A stretch of 49,859 nt of DNA from Patescibacteria group bacterium (GTDB lineage Bacteria; Patescibacteriota; Minisyncoccia; Phycocordibacterales; UBA9973), in NCBI GenBank assembly GCA_018816985.1, contig JAHIVA010000003.1, forward strand, positions 1 to 49,859, in the 5' to 3' direction. Shown in pieces: positions 19,672 to 30,232 of the stretch (within the stretch, counting starts at the first letter, position 1; the number at the start of each line of letters is the position of its first letter). The notes under the pieces are model-generated. The model made no database searches. It saw only the letters and a program-made list of their open reading frames with translations, and was not told the DNA's origin. The translations under genes and the position numbers were made by a program.

Positions 19672-20952
19672 TTATTTGAACATACTGGCAGTTGTTGGGG
19701 GTAAATAATTTAACGGATTAAGATAACCATTTGTTGCAGAAACAGGCTGGGTTAAGACTTTCCCTGGACATGATTTGCTTGGAATAGTTTTTATTTCAAC
19801 CGCATCACGGGCATAAACTGAGACATGAAGATGGGGAGCCGTAGAATAGCCTGTATTGCCACTATAAGCGACTATTTGACCCCTTGCTATAGTGTCCCCT
19901 TTTTTCACCTTAATGAGTGATAAATGCCCATAGGTACTCGCTAACCCGTTGTTGTATTTTATAAGTACAAAGCGTCCAAAAGAAACTCCTGGACATTGAA
20001 TATCTGTATCGCCAACTCCATCTACCACTCCATCAGCCATAGCAAAGACCGGCAATGGAGTTCTGGCCCTCAAATCAAATCCATAATGAAATCCGCCGTT
20101 CCTTGGACCATAAGAAGAAGTTATAATAATTGCACTAAGTGGCCAGTTTAATACTCTTCCACTGGGAAGCTTAGACGGATCCAGAATGTATTTTAACTGT
20201 GATTCATAATCTTCCAACTCTTTTTCAAAGGCATCTTTTTTTGCTAATCGATCTTTTAATAATTTTTGATAATTAGCTTCATTGTTTTTTGTTTCCTTGA
20301 GAAGTTTATTTTTATCATTGCTATTTTGGACGACTATTTTTTGCTGATCAGAAAGCTGGGAATGAAGTTTAGTTAGCTTATTTTTTGCGTCAATGGTTTG
20401 TTGCCTGGTGTTTTCTAATTCACCCTTAATTTGTTTTAAATTTGCAATATTATCTCTGATTTTTTCACGAACACTTATTAAATTATCAACATCATTCCAA
20501 ATAGTGGTAAAGTTGTCTCCAGAGAGTAAGATTTGCAAAGCATTATTTTGATCAGCTTCATTCATTTGTTTTAGTCCAAGTTCGATGGCATCAATGTCAT
20601 TATTTATATAATCTTGCTTACTCCCAATATCGAAACTCAAATTTTGGATAGTGAGATTTGTTTTATTAATCTGATTTTGCGTAACGGCGATATCTGCCTT
20701 CAATTTTTTATTGGTTAAATCAAGCTCTTTTAATGATTTACTCAAAGAATCTTTTTGCTGTCCCAAAGTGTCTAGTTGTATCTGATATATTGCTATTTCT
20801 TTTTCCAAATTCTGTATATTAGAATTATTTTGATTTATTTTATTTTGAATTTCCTGAGCAGTTTCCGCATAGGAAAAAACCATCGGATATAAAATTAAAG
20901 AGAATAAAATTATTATCTTAAATAGCTTTTTGTAATCTTGATAAAGTCTCAT
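19672..20952 (-). CDS. Coiled-coil M23 peptidase (murein hydrolase or activator)
   Basis: Signal/TM segment, long coiled coil, HYGFD, YGHL, GNTGYSTAPHLH. Confidence 0.9.
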   Translation of the reverse strand: MRLYQDYKKLFKIIILFSLILYPMVFSYAETAQEIQNKINQNNSNIQNLEKEIAIYQIQLDTLGQQKDSLSKSLKELDLTNKKLKADIAVTQNQINKTNLTIQNLSFDIGSKQDYINNDIDAIELGLKQMNEADQNNALQILLSGDNFTTIWNDVDNLISVREKIRDNIANLKQIKGELENTRQQTIDAKNKLTKLHSQLSDQQKIVVQNSNDKNKLLKETKNNEANYQKLLKDRLAKKDAFEKELEDYESQLKYILDPSKLPSGRVLNWPLSAIIITSSYGPRNGGFHYGFDLRARTPLPVFAMADGVVDGVGDTDIQCPGVSFGRFVLIKYNNGLASTYGHLSLIKVKKGDTIARGQIVAYSGNTGYSTAPHLHVSVYARDAVEIKTIPSKSCPGKVLTQPVSATNGYLNPLNYLPPTTASMFK

Positions 20953-22345
20953 TTTTTCCTAAAATCTCTGCAATAATAAACGGATCAGGAGATTTATCTA
21001 ATCCAGACAAGGCAAAACGAACCGGGTGCAAGACCTCTCCCCTACTTTCTAAATTATCAGCCAGAGTCATTAATACATTTTTAATATTTTCAACAGTAAA
21101 ATTTTCTTCTTTTATTTGTTCCAATGCTTTAATTACCAATTCTAAATTGTTTTTAATTTTCTCCAAGGAAATATTTTTATAGATAAGTTTTCCTTTATCG
21201 TAGTCTGACTTTTTAAAAAAGAAATCTAACTCCCCTCTCGTAACGATATCCTCTACATCTCCCCACTTAGAAATTCTTTCAAAAATTAACGGTACTAGTT
21301 TTTTTCCAATGTCATTTTGCATTTCTTTCGGCAAATATTCCAAAATACTTTTTTCAATTTCATTTTTGGAAAGTAATTTAATGTGTTCCTTATTTAACCA
21401 ATTAAGTTTATCATCATTCCACTTAGCTCCAGAGCGCTGAATTTTTTTAATATCAAAAACATTAATTAGCTCTTCCCGTGTATAAACTTCTTTTTCTCCA
21501 CCCGGATTAAAACCAAGAAAAGCCAAATAATTTATCACGGCGTCTGATAGATATCCCTCTTTTTCATAATCCAAAATATCTTTAGCACCATCACGCTTAC
21601 TCAACTTTTTATTGCCACTGTCTCCCATGATTGGAGGCGTAGTGACAAATAGCGGAGGAGTGATACCAAAAGCTTCATAGACAGATAAAAATTTTGGGGT
21701 GGAAGAAATAAATTCCTGTCCCCGCACCACATGGGTCACTCCCATTTCTATGTCGTCTACAATGTGCGCAAAATTATATGTCGGATATCCGTCGCTTTTT
21801 ATTAAAATAAAATCATCTAACGCTTCAGTTCCGGCGGAAAGTTCGCCCCAAACAATATCATTCCATTTATAATTTTTTATTTCTGGAATCTTAAAACGAA
21901 GTGGTTTTGTTTCATCCCAAATATCAAACTTTTCAGGTCGGTGTTCTCTATATAAAAAAGGTTTTTTCTCCAGTTCTGCTTTATTACGAAATTGTCCGAC
22001 CTCTTCTTCCGAATATGGATCGGGGTATGCAAACCCTTTATTAATTAAAATTTGCGCATATTTTTTATAAATATCTAATCTTTCCGATTGAATATAGGGT
22101 GCATACAATCCGCCAATATCCGGCCCTTGGTCCCAATTCAACCCAAGCCATTTCAGTGATTTTTGGATATGAAAAATAGAACCTTCCACTTCCCTTTCCT
22201 TATCCGTATCTTCAATACGTAAGATAAATTGACCATTGTTTTTTCTAGCCCACAACCACGCATACAGAGCCGTACGAATATTTCCTACATGAATAAACCC
22301 TGTCGGGCTAGGCGCGAACCTGGTAACAATTTTTTTATCTGACAT
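20918..22345 (-). CDS. gltX: Glutamate-tRNA ligase
   Basis: RFAPSPTG, HVGN, LRIEDTD, KLSKR. Confidence 0.97.
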   Translation of the reverse strand: MSDKKIVTRFAPSPTGFIHVGNIRTALYAWLWARKNNGQFILRIEDTDKEREVEGSIFHIQKSLKWLGLNWDQGPDIGGLYAPYIQSERLDIYKKYAQILINKGFAYPDPYSEEEVGQFRNKAELEKKPFLYREHRPEKFDIWDETKPLRFKIPEIKNYKWNDIVWGELSAGTEALDDFILIKSDGYPTYNFAHIVDDIEMGVTHVVRGQEFISSTPKFLSVYEAFGITPPLFVTTPPIMGDSGNKKLSKRDGAKDILDYEKEGYLSDAVINYLAFLGFNPGGEKEVYTREELINVFDIKKIQRSGAKWNDDKLNWLNKEHIKLLSKNEIEKSILEYLPKEMQNDIGKKLVPLIFERISKWGDVEDIVTRGELDFFFKKSDYDKGKLIYKNISLEKIKNNLELVIKALEQIKEENFTVENIKNVLMTLADNLESRGEVLHPVRFALSGLDKSPDPFIIAEILGKNETLSRLQKAI

Positions 22346-22361
22346 AAGAGCATTTTAGCAT

Positions 22362-23492
22362 TTATCTCTCATGACTCAAAGCGATATCCACCAAAGCACG
22401 GGCAATTTTTTCGGCTGCACCCTCTTTACTAAAAGCTTTGGCATTTTTCGCCATTTTTTCATAACTTATTTTATCGTTCGTTATTCTTTCAATTTCTCCA
22501 CTTAAAATATTAGCGGTCATATTAGCTTCCTCAATAACACTGCAGGCTCCGGCTCGGGCATAATTAAAAGCATTTTTTCTGGAATGATCAGCATTAGAAT
22601 TTTTAAATGGAACTAAGATTGACGGCACGCCCCAAGAAGCTATTTCAAATAAAGTTGATCCAGCACGAGAAACAATAATGGTTGCCGAGCCAGCTGCCAT
22701 TTTCATTTGTAAGGGATTTAAAAAAGGAAAAGGAAAATATCTTGTTCGGAGACTTTCTCTAGTCAATACAACTTCAGCCTGGCTAGAAACTATTTTAAAC
22801 TTTTTAATCCCGGTTTGATGAATAATCTGATAATTTTTTATTAATCTCGGTAAAGCATCTAAGACAATATTATTGATAAGTTCCGCCCCTTGAGAACCCC
22901 CCAAGATAACAACAACAGGCACTTCTTCTTCAAGTTTAAGATATTCAAGCGCCTCTTTTTTAGTCGCTCTATGTTCTATCTCGGTGCGAATGGGCTGTCC
23001 TATCCAAGCAGTATTTTTTTGAGGAAAATAAGTCGCCGCTTGCTCAAAAGACACAGCTACTTTTTGGGCAAAGTGCCCGGCCCATTTATTTACCCTACCG
23101 GGCGCTGAATCCGATTCATGAATAATAACTGGAATACGTAAAATTCTAGCTGCAAAAATTGTCGGAAAGGATGCATATCCTCCCTTGCCAAAAATAACAT
23201 CGGGGTAAATTGTAAATATTTTAAAAATTGCATTCAGGGTACCAAAAAAAATTTTAAAAATATCAAAAAAGTTTTTCAAAGAAAAATAAGTGCGCATCTT
23301 ACCGGAATCTATTTCTTCATATAAAAGTCTATTTTCTAAGAGCATCTCCTTGTCATAAGGATCATTGGAAAAATAATAGAGTTTCGCCCCAAGAATGTGT
23401 TCAGAATCTATTATTTGATTAACTTTTTGGGCAATAGCGATAATAGGATAAAAATGCCCTCCTGTCCCCCCACCAGTGAAAACTATTTTCAT
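22362..23492 (-). CDS. murG: MurG glycosyltransferase
   Basis: GGGTGGH, GGY, HES, GGSQGA, SRAG. Confidence 0.96.
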   Translation of the reverse strand: MKIVFTGGGTGGHFYPIIAIAQKVNQIIDSEHILGAKLYYFSNDPYDKEMLLENRLLYEEIDSGKMRTYFSLKNFFDIFKIFFGTLNAIFKIFTIYPDVIFGKGGYASFPTIFAARILRIPVIIHESDSAPGRVNKWAGHFAQKVAVSFEQAATYFPQKNTAWIGQPIRTEIEHRATKKEALEYLKLEEEVPVVVILGGSQGAELINNIVLDALPRLIKNYQIIHQTGIKKFKIVSSQAEVVLTRESLRTRYFPFPFLNPLQMKMAAGSATIIVSRAGSTLFEIASWGVPSILVPFKNSNADHSRKNAFNYARAGACSVIEEANMTANILSGEIERITNDKISYEKMAKNAKAFSKEGAAEKIARALVDIALSHER

Positions 23493-23510
23493 AAATATTA
23501 TTTAATTAAT

Positions 23511-24614
23511 CTAAACTGATCTACTTCTGGCGGATAATTTTGATACATTCAACACAATGCCGACAGCCGCCATATAAACCATCAGCGAGGTCCCCCCTTG
23601 ACTCATAAAAACTAAAGGAACTCCGGTCAAAGGAAAAACTCCAATTACTGAAGCAATATGCATAAACGATTGGACTGTAATTAGTATAACAATTCCATAG
23701 ACCAAAAGTCCACTAAAGGAATCTGGAGAGCGGTTGGCAATACGAAAACCTCTCAACATAAAAAGAAGATAAAGAAAGATTGTTAAAGTTGCCCCAATAA
23801 AACCTAATTCTTCACCTAAAACAGCAAAAATAGAATCCCCTTGTGGTTCGGGAAGATAGCCAAATTTTTGAATACTTTGTCCAAATCCACGCCCAAAAAC
23901 GCCACCAGACCCTATGGCAATAAGCGATTGCTGAATTTGATAAGAAGACCCCTGTGCATCTTGTGCCGGATTGATAAAGGTTTTTACCCGTTCCTGTAAA
24001 TAAGGCGTAAAATAAACAAGAGTCCCAAACAATAATCCTGCTCCTAAAATTGTACCTAAAATATATTTAACAGGAACACTGGAAACAAAAAGCATTGATA
24101 TTCCAGTAACTATAATTAAAATAAGACTTTTTGTATCCGGTTGCTTTAATAAAATTAAAGCAATAACTGCAATCATTATTAAAAACGGCAGAACTCCAAA
24201 TTTGAAATCTTTGATTCTACTCTTAGCCCAAGACAACCAAGCCGCAAAATAAATTACAAAAGCAAATTTTAAAAATTCTACCGGTTGAAAAGAAATTGGT
24301 CCCAACTGTATCCATCTTTCTGCTCCACCATGACTCCATCCCAAAGTTGGAATAAAAACTGCTGCAGTTAAAAGTATTGATCCCAAAAAAAAGAAAAAAG
24401 AAAATTTACGCCAAAATTTATAATTTATTTTAAAACAAAAATACATACCTAAAAATCCAAAACCAAAGCCTAAAACCAACTGACTAAAAAGTACTGAATA
24501 AAAAGTTTTCTCATTTTTAGCTAAAATCCCCAAAGAAGCCGAAATAAACATAGCCACCCCAAGTGCCAATAAAAGAAAGACAATTATTAGAAAAAATCTA
24601 TCTGGTTTTTTCAT
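23511..24614 (-). CDS. ftsW: SEDS peptidoglycan polymerase FtsW
   Basis: GAERWI, FQPVE, QPD, YQ, GSGG, LPE, GEELG, PLTGVPL; between mraY and murG. Confidence 0.93.
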   Translation of the reverse strand: MKKPDRFFLIIVFLLLALGVAMFISASLGILAKNEKTFYSVLFSQLVLGFGFGFLGMYFCFKINYKFWRKFSFFFFLGSILLTAAVFIPTLGWSHGGAERWIQLGPISFQPVEFLKFAFVIYFAAWLSWAKSRIKDFKFGVLPFLIMIAVIALILLKQPDTKSLILIIVTGISMLFVSSVPVKYILGTILGAGLLFGTLVYFTPYLQERVKTFINPAQDAQGSSYQIQQSLIAIGSGGVFGRGFGQSIQKFGYLPEPQGDSIFAVLGEELGFIGATLTIFLYLLFMLRGFRIANRSPDSFSGLLVYGIVILITVQSFMHIASVIGVFPLTGVPLVFMSQGGTSLMVYMAAVGIVLNVSKLSARSRSV

Positions 24615-24618
24615 AAAC

Positions 24619-25674
24619 TCACCTACTAATAATTGTTAAAATTATGCCGATGATAGCAAATATAACTGAAAGGATCCAAAAACGCATTGTTACCTTATAA
24701 GATGGCCAACCAATTGCTTCAAAGTGATGATGAATGGGGGCGAGTTTTAATAATCTTTTACCCCCTCTTAATTTTTTTGAAAAAATTTGTAAAATAACCG
24801 AACCAGAAGTAATAACCAGAGGTAAAGCAATAATTGGAAGAATCAAAACCGAGTCAGTAAGAAAAGCAAAAGTTGCCAAAGTAATAGTAAGACCCATTAT
24901 GCCCGTTTCTCCCATATAAAATCTGGCTGGAGGAATGTTAAACCACAGAAATGCCAAGATTACTCCAGCAATAACTCCAGAAAAAGACGCCAAGTCAATT
25001 TGATTATTCGCATAAGCGATAATAGAATAAGCGGCAAAAATGGAAGCAAAGACTCCTCCGGACAAGCCATCTAGTCCATCAATCACCCCCCCAGAGAAAG
25101 TTGCCAGAGCCACTATAATAAAAAAAGGAATAATAAAAATACCTAAATAAATTTCTCCGCCGAATGGAATATGAATTTCGGTCAGGCCTAATTTATAAAA
25201 AAACCAAAAACCGATAAAAAAAGAAATCAATATTACCAAAAAAGCTTTCCATCTACGCCAAGACTTATCGTCCCGGGCAAATTTACCATTACCATAAATT
25301 TGAATAAGGTCATCCCAAAGTCCGACCAAAGAACCTAAAAGAAGTGTGAAAAAAGGAATAATAGTTTGATTGCGACTCAGAAAATTCATTTTTTCCGTAA
25401 TAGATGATGGAAATAAAATTGATATTAAATAAAAAACAAGAGTCGTAAGTAAAGCAGAAACCCAAATTATTATTCCCCCAATTCGAGGTGTTTTTAATTC
25501 CTCTTTTTCATTGTGTATTTTATGAAAATCTAACGAAGATGTATCTGTATTTCTGGAATATTTTTTCCACATTTTATATTTATAGAAAAAATACGTGGCA
25601 ATTGGGGTAAGTAAAAAACCCAAAAAAAAGGCGAAAGCAGTCGGTAGAAAAATTTTAACTATGTTTATGAGCAT
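24619..25674 (-). CDS. mraY: Phospho-MurNAc-pentapeptide transferase
   Basis: TPRIGG, WDD, DGLDGL, FYMGETG, APIHHHFE. Confidence 0.94.
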   Translation of the reverse strand: MLINIVKIFLPTAFAFFLGFLLTPIATYFFYKYKMWKKYSRNTDTSSLDFHKIHNEKEELKTPRIGGIIIWVSALLTTLVFYLISILFPSSITEKMNFLSRNQTIIPFFTLLLGSLVGLWDDLIQIYGNGKFARDDKSWRRWKAFLVILISFFIGFWFFYKLGLTEIHIPFGGEIYLGIFIIPFFIIVALATFSGGVIDGLDGLSGGVFASIFAAYSIIAYANNQIDLASFSGVIAGVILAFLWFNIPPARFYMGETGIMGLTITLATFAFLTDSVLILPIIALPLVITSGSVILQIFSKKLRGGKRLLKLAPIHHHFEAIGWPSYKVTMRFWILSVIFAIIGIILTIISR

Positions 25675-25734
25675 AAATATAGTATAACATTTAATTTTTT
25701 TGATTAAAATGTGTACTTGTGTTATTCTTTTGAA

Positions 25735-26574
25735 GTGAAAAAAGGAAATATTTTAAATTTTATATGGTTGATAATTTTTCTAATTTTAATTTCTATACCA
25801 ATAGGTACTTCATTCACCTTATATATAAAACAAAGACAGGAAAATAAAATTCTCCATCAAAAACTCCTGGTATTGGAATTAGTTGTTAAAAAAATACAAG
25901 AGAAAGTTGCAGAAAAAAATTATTTAATGGGAAAATTTGACCCATCCCAGAGGGGAGATTTTATTGCTGTCCCCGAGAATTACAGCATTAGCGGGTATAA
26001 AATGTATTTGAGAAAAGAAACCCTAGATGCTTTTTTACAAATGCAGAAAGTGGCAGAAAAGGATGAGGTAGATTTAAGAATAGCTTCAGCTACCAGAAAT
26101 TTTATTTATCAAAAAAATATTTGGAACAATAAATGGACTGGGTTCACTCTAGTAGACGGGAAAAGTTTAGTAAAAAGTATATTAGATGAATCAGCCAGAT
26201 TTAAAAAAATCTTGGAATATAGTGCTGTTCCTGGAACATCTAGACATCATTGGGGCACGGAAATAGATATCAATAACGCTAATCTAGAATATTTTGAAAC
26301 TGAAAAAGGTAAAAAAGTATATGAATGGCTGGTAAAGAATGCTCCGCTTTTTGGTTTTTGCCAACCTTATATTCAAAAAGGAGTTAACCGACCAACGGGC
26401 TACAACGAAGAAAAATGGCATTGGTCTTACTTACCTCTCGCAAAAGATTTTACCCAAGAATATAAAAATTTAATCAACGATGCTGACATTAAAGATTTTG
26501 ACGGGGATAAATATGTCCCTGATTTAAATCTAATTAATAATTACGTATTAGGTATTAATCTAGAGTGCCTTTAA
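25735..26574 (+). CDS. M15B D,D-carboxypeptidase (VanY-like)
   Basis: IASATR, PGTSRHHWGTEID, EKWHW; N-terminal TM; GTG 25735 chosen because TGtTATTCT lies 6 nt upstream. Confidence 0.88.
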   Translation: MKKGNILNFIWLIIFLILISIPIGTSFTLYIKQRQENKILHQKLLVLELVVKKIQEKVAEKNYLMGKFDPSQRGDFIAVPENYSISGYKMYLRKETLDAFLQMQKVAEKDEVDLRIASATRNFIYQKNIWNNKWTGFTLVDGKSLVKSILDESARFKKILEYSAVPGTSRHHWGTEIDINNANLEYFETEKGKKVYEWLVKNAPLFGFCQPYIQKGVNRPTGYNEEKWHWSYLPLAKDFTQEYKNLINDADIKDFDGDKYVPDLNLINNYVLGINLECL

Positions 26575-26584
26575 TAGATTTTAC

Positions 26585-27136
26585 TTATTCTGTTTCAGTA
26601 GATTCTTCTTCTAAATTCTTAGCCGCTGTTTCAACGGCCTGACTTACTTCGCCGTAATCTTGCAACTCTTCTACTGATTTTATTCCCATAAAAGACAACG
26701 TATCAAAACTTGGCTTATAGATATACCGTCGATTGTCTTTCGAGTCCATAGTTTTTTCTATCAATCCACGCACCGACAATGCCCGCAGGGTAAAACTTGA
26801 ATTTACCCCCCGAATATAATCAATCTCTGCCCGGCTGGCGCCATTTTTATAAAGAACAATAGAAAGCGTCTCCAGGCTCGCCTTAGAAAGTTCTTTATTT
26901 AATTCTTCTTTTTGTAAATCTTCAATTAGCTGACTTAATTCCGGCATCGTACCAAGAGTAACTTCATCAGACTTTTCCAATAAAACTATTCCCCTATTTG
27001 TAAAATTAGTTTTTAAATTTAAAATGGCTGTTTCTATTTCTTCTTTTGAAACTTTTAAAATATCTTGAAGTTTTTTTAAAGAAATTGGTTCGCCTTTAAA
27101 AAAAAGAACAGCTTCGATTTTTTGTTCTAAATTCAT
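26585..27136 (-). CDS. scpB: Segregation/condensation protein B
   Basis: IEAVLF, LSKASLETLSI, EIDYIRGVNS. Confidence 0.95.
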   Translation of the reverse strand: MNLEQKIEAVLFFKGEPISLKKLQDILKVSKEEIETAILNLKTNFTNRGIVLLEKSDEVTLGTMPELSQLIEDLQKEELNKELSKASLETLSIVLYKNGASRAEIDYIRGVNSSFTLRALSVRGLIEKTMDSKDNRRYIYKPSFDTLSFMGIKSVEELQDYGEVSQAVETAAKNLEEESTETE

Positions 27137-27882
27137 AAAATTTGTTTTTCCATAAAAATATCTCCAGAGTCAATTTCCTGTATAGCGTTAATAATTCCCT
27201 GTCGGACAAGTTCCAGCATAGCCAAAAAACCAATAATAACAACAACTTTTTCTTCTCGAGTAACCTTTTTTCCATTTCCATTAAAATCTTTAAAATTAAT
27301 CTTGAGGGAATTTTCAATTCTGTCTTTTAATTTATCAATCATTTCTTCAAGGCTAACAACTTTTCTCACTTCCACTTTAGGTAAAAATACTTTCTGGGGC
27401 ATTTCACCTAATACATTTCTGGCTAAGGTCATCATAGATTCTTTGGTAATTTGATTGTCCGGTAAAAATACTAAAGTTGTGTGGCCCCAAGCTTGTAAAT
27501 TGTTTTTTCTAGAAAGTGGAGCGAAAATTATTCTCTGACCAAAATTACTTTTTACATTTCCTCCAAGTTTAGTAAAAAGTTCATAAAGACGAAGTCTTTC
27601 TTCTAGATTTTTTATATCACCCTTCTCCTCACTAGTTAAATCTAAATTAGGTAAAAGTGATTTTGATTTAATTAAAAGCAAGGTGGATGCAACTAAAACA
27701 AAATTGGTAATCTCCACCGGTGGAAATCCTCCCAGTTTATTCAGATAACCTAAATATTCTTCAGTCACAGCCGAGAGAGAGACATCATTGATGTGAAGTT
27801 TCCTTTTTTCAATTAAGGTTAAAAGTAAACCAAAAGGTCCCTCAAAATTGTTTGTTTTTATTTTAAAAGTTTCCGTTTCCAC
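27133..27882 (-). CDS. scpA: Segregation/condensation protein A (kleisin)
   Basis: FEGPFGLLL, KSKSLLP, FLAMLEL; coupled to scpB. Confidence 0.95.
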   Translation of the reverse strand: METETFKIKTNNFEGPFGLLLTLIEKRKLHINDVSLSAVTEEYLGYLNKLGGFPPVEITNFVLVASTLLLIKSKSLLPNLDLTSEEKGDIKNLEERLRLYELFTKLGGNVKSNFGQRIIFAPLSRKNNLQAWGHTTLVFLPDNQITKESMMTLARNVLGEMPQKVFLPKVEVRKVVSLEEMIDKLKDRIENSLKINFKDFNGNGKKVTREEKVVVIIGFLAMLELVRQGIINAIQEIDSGDIFMEKQIL

Positions 27883-27927
27883 CTTTATATTATATAATTA
27901 TTTCCAAATTTTTGCTATCAACAAGAA

Positions 27928-28761
27928 TTACATTACTAAAAATACCAAACCCATAACAATAAAAATAAATGAAGTAATTTTAATTAAAATATGCTTTTCA
28001 TGAAAAACTTTACTACCTGAAATAATTGACCACAATAGAGAAGAAGCTCTTTTGCCACTAGTAATTATAGAAGCAGGAGCATAAACATAAGCAATGCTTA
28101 TTAACACAGAACCAAATCCATTAGAAAATGAATGTACTAAAAAATCTTTTCTTAAAAGATAAGACAAGGGATTCTGTTTGAATTTCCACATAGACATAAT
28201 AAATAAAAAAATTAATAAAAAAACAGAAGTGATAATTTGTTGAGCCGCAACAGAATTATAGTAAGTAATACAATATTTATAAATAGAAATTGTAGCTACA
28301 GCATTAATGGTAGAAAATATAACATAACCAATTCCTTTCTTATTAATACCATGGTTGGTAAGTAAAATAATCAAACCTAAAACTGTTACAAAAATCCCAA
28401 TTAAATTAAAAGTGCTTATTTCATAACCTAAAACCTTATCAACTAAAAGTAAAAGTGGAATTGTCCCAATCATTAGAAATCCTAAAGTACTACGATCTGC
28501 TTTGACTATTGCATGCAGAGAAGAATAAGTTTGGGCTATTTCTAAAATTATTAATAAACAAAAAATTGGAATAGAGGCAGGATTAAATATAAAATCATTT
28601 TTTACGAGAGCAAAAATAATAAATATAATTAAAAGCCAAAACATATTCAAAAAACCAAAAGTATAAATATTTTCCTTATTATGTAAAATTTCCCACTTCC
28701 CAAAAGAAGAGGATATCTCATCAAAAAAAGTTCCAATAGTGGCTAAAATTACACCAATCAT
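27928..28761 (-). CDS. Multi-pass membrane protein, probably DMT/EamA-like
   Basis: About 10 hydrophobic segments in two halves; C-terminal ..VFHEK.. pattern. Confidence 0.6.
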   Translation of the reverse strand: MIGVILATIGTFFDEISSSFGKWEILHNKENIYTFGFLNMFWLLIIFIIFALVKNDFIFNPASIPIFCLLIILEIAQTYSSLHAIVKADRSTLGFLMIGTIPLLLLVDKVLGYEISTFNLIGIFVTVLGLIILLTNHGINKKGIGYVIFSTINAVATISIYKYCITYYNSVAAQQIITSVFLLIFLFIMSMWKFKQNPLSYLLRKDFLVHSFSNGFGSVLISIAYVYAPASIITSGKRASSLLWSIISGSKVFHEKHILIKITSFIFIVMGLVFLVM

Positions 28762-28764
28762 GTT

Positions 28765-30198
28765 TTATTCATATTCCTCAATAAATTTATACAAAAGCCT
28801 AACTGGTGTACCAAGGGCACCGATAGCAAGATTTTCACCAGTCATAGAGGTCATTCTAGGAGCAATATCTAAATGCGCCCATTTTGGAATTCTACCATCT
28901 TTGGATTGGTCTTTGATAAATTGGTAGAGAAAAATTGCTCCATAAATCGCCCCGCCAGAACGAGAATCTTTGTTGTGAATATTAGTAAAATCTCCAAAAG
29001 TTCCCTTTATTTCATTTTCATATTCTTCCCACATAGGCAAACGCCAAACATAATCCCCAGTTTTTTCTCCTTTTTCTTCAAGGTCTTTAGCTAATTTATC
29101 GTCATTAGAAAACAAAACAGAGGCTCTCTCCCCAAGCGCCACCATTGCTGCACCCGTTAGGGTTGCAATATTTATTACAACTTTTGGATTATATTTCCCT
29201 GCATAAGTTAAAGCATCTGCCAAAATCACTCGGCCTTCCGCATCGGTGTTTAATATTTCAATTGTTTGTCCAGACATAGAACGAATCACATCTCCCGGAT
29301 GATAACTTTTTCCAGAAGCCATATTCTCCACAGCTGGAATGAGCCCAATTACATTCTTTTTTAATTTCATTTTAGCTATTAAGACAATCGCATGAATTAC
29401 CGCTGAGCCCCCAGACATATCCATATTCATGCCAGAAAGAGAGGACGAGGGTTTTAAATTTATTCCACCCGTATCAAAAGTTACTCCTTTCCCTACAAGC
29501 ACAATCGGTTTATCTGTTTTTTTGCCTCCTTCGTATTCCATAATAATAAATTTTGATTCTTCATCTGACCCTCGTCCAACAGAAAGGATAGCTCGCATAT
29601 TTTCTTTTTCCATCTCCTTTTCGCCAAGCACCGTAACTTTTACTGGTAAATTTTTTACTGCTTCTTTTGCTTTCTTCGATAAAATTTGCGGAGTCATATC
29701 TCCGCCAGGCATATTTGAGAGAGAACGAGTTTTATTTACCTCCTCAGCAATAATACTTCCTTTCAAAATAGCTTTTTGTATTTCTTTATTTACTCCTAAA
29801 ATAAAAATTTCCTGAATTAAGGAAAAGCCTTCCTTTGGTGGAGTTTTATATTCATTAAATTCATAATTGGCAAAATCAAGCTGAGAGCCGATAATTTCTC
29901 CAAGCTCTAGGTTAGATAGTTTTATGCTGCTGAATTTGAAATCATTAAAATTGAAAGCAAGCTTTTTTGTTTTGGTGCTTTTAGCCATAACAACCATTTT
30001 GCGCACTAATAAAAATAGCTTTCTTAAATTTATTTTTCCTTCCTCGTCGCATTTCAAATAAAGAGTTTTTACTCCATTTTCTTTTACAATTTCATCACTT
30101 ACTTGTGGTGAGCTTGTCGAACCATTTTTTGAGCCAATAGACACAAAAAGCACCTCCCCCGGCACTCCTTTTGCGCTATCTTTAAAGGTAATTTTCAT
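28765..30198 (-). CDS. pepA: M17 leucyl aminopeptidase
   Basis: VGKGVTFDTGG, DMSG, NTDAEGR, ATLTGA, HLDIA. Confidence 0.95.
   Translation of the reverse strand: MKITFKDSAKGVPGEVLFVSIGSKNGSTSSPQVSDEIVKENGVKTLYLKCDEEGKINLRKLFLLVRKMVVMAKSTKTKKLAFNFNDFKFSSIKLSNLELGEIIGSQLDFANYEFNEYKTPPKEGFSLIQEIFILGVNKEIQKAILKGSIIAEEVNKTRSLSNMPGGDMTPQILSKKAKEAVKNLPVKVTVLGEKEMEKENMRAILSVGRGSDEESKFIIMEYEGGKKTDKPIVLVGKGVTFDTGGINLKPSSSLSGMNMDMSGGSAVIHAIVLIAKMKLKKNVIGLIPAVENMASGKSYHPGDVIRSMSGQTIEILNTDAEGRVILADALTYAGKYNPKVVINIATLTGAAMVALGERASVLFSNDDKLAKDLEEKGEKTGDYVWRLPMWEEYENEIKGTFGDFTNIHNKDSRSGGAIYGAIFLYQFIKDQSKDGRIPKWAHLDIAPRMTSMTGENLAIGALGTPVRLLYKFIEEYE
30101..30124 (+). repeat. Hairpin element (family C) in-frame in pepA
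   Basis: A-CTTG-TGGT-GAGCTTGTCGA-ACCA; encodes GSTSSPQV on the minus strand. Confidence 0.7.
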
Positions 30199-30232
30199 TT
30201 TGATATTGTACACTAAAATATGCTATTATCAA

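Noticed and set aside
27479-27498. GC-rich patch in scpA encoding LQAWGHT, a possible insertion
   Set aside because: Only an 8-bp palindrome (CAAGCTTG) and no second copy in the window; needs an ortholog alignment
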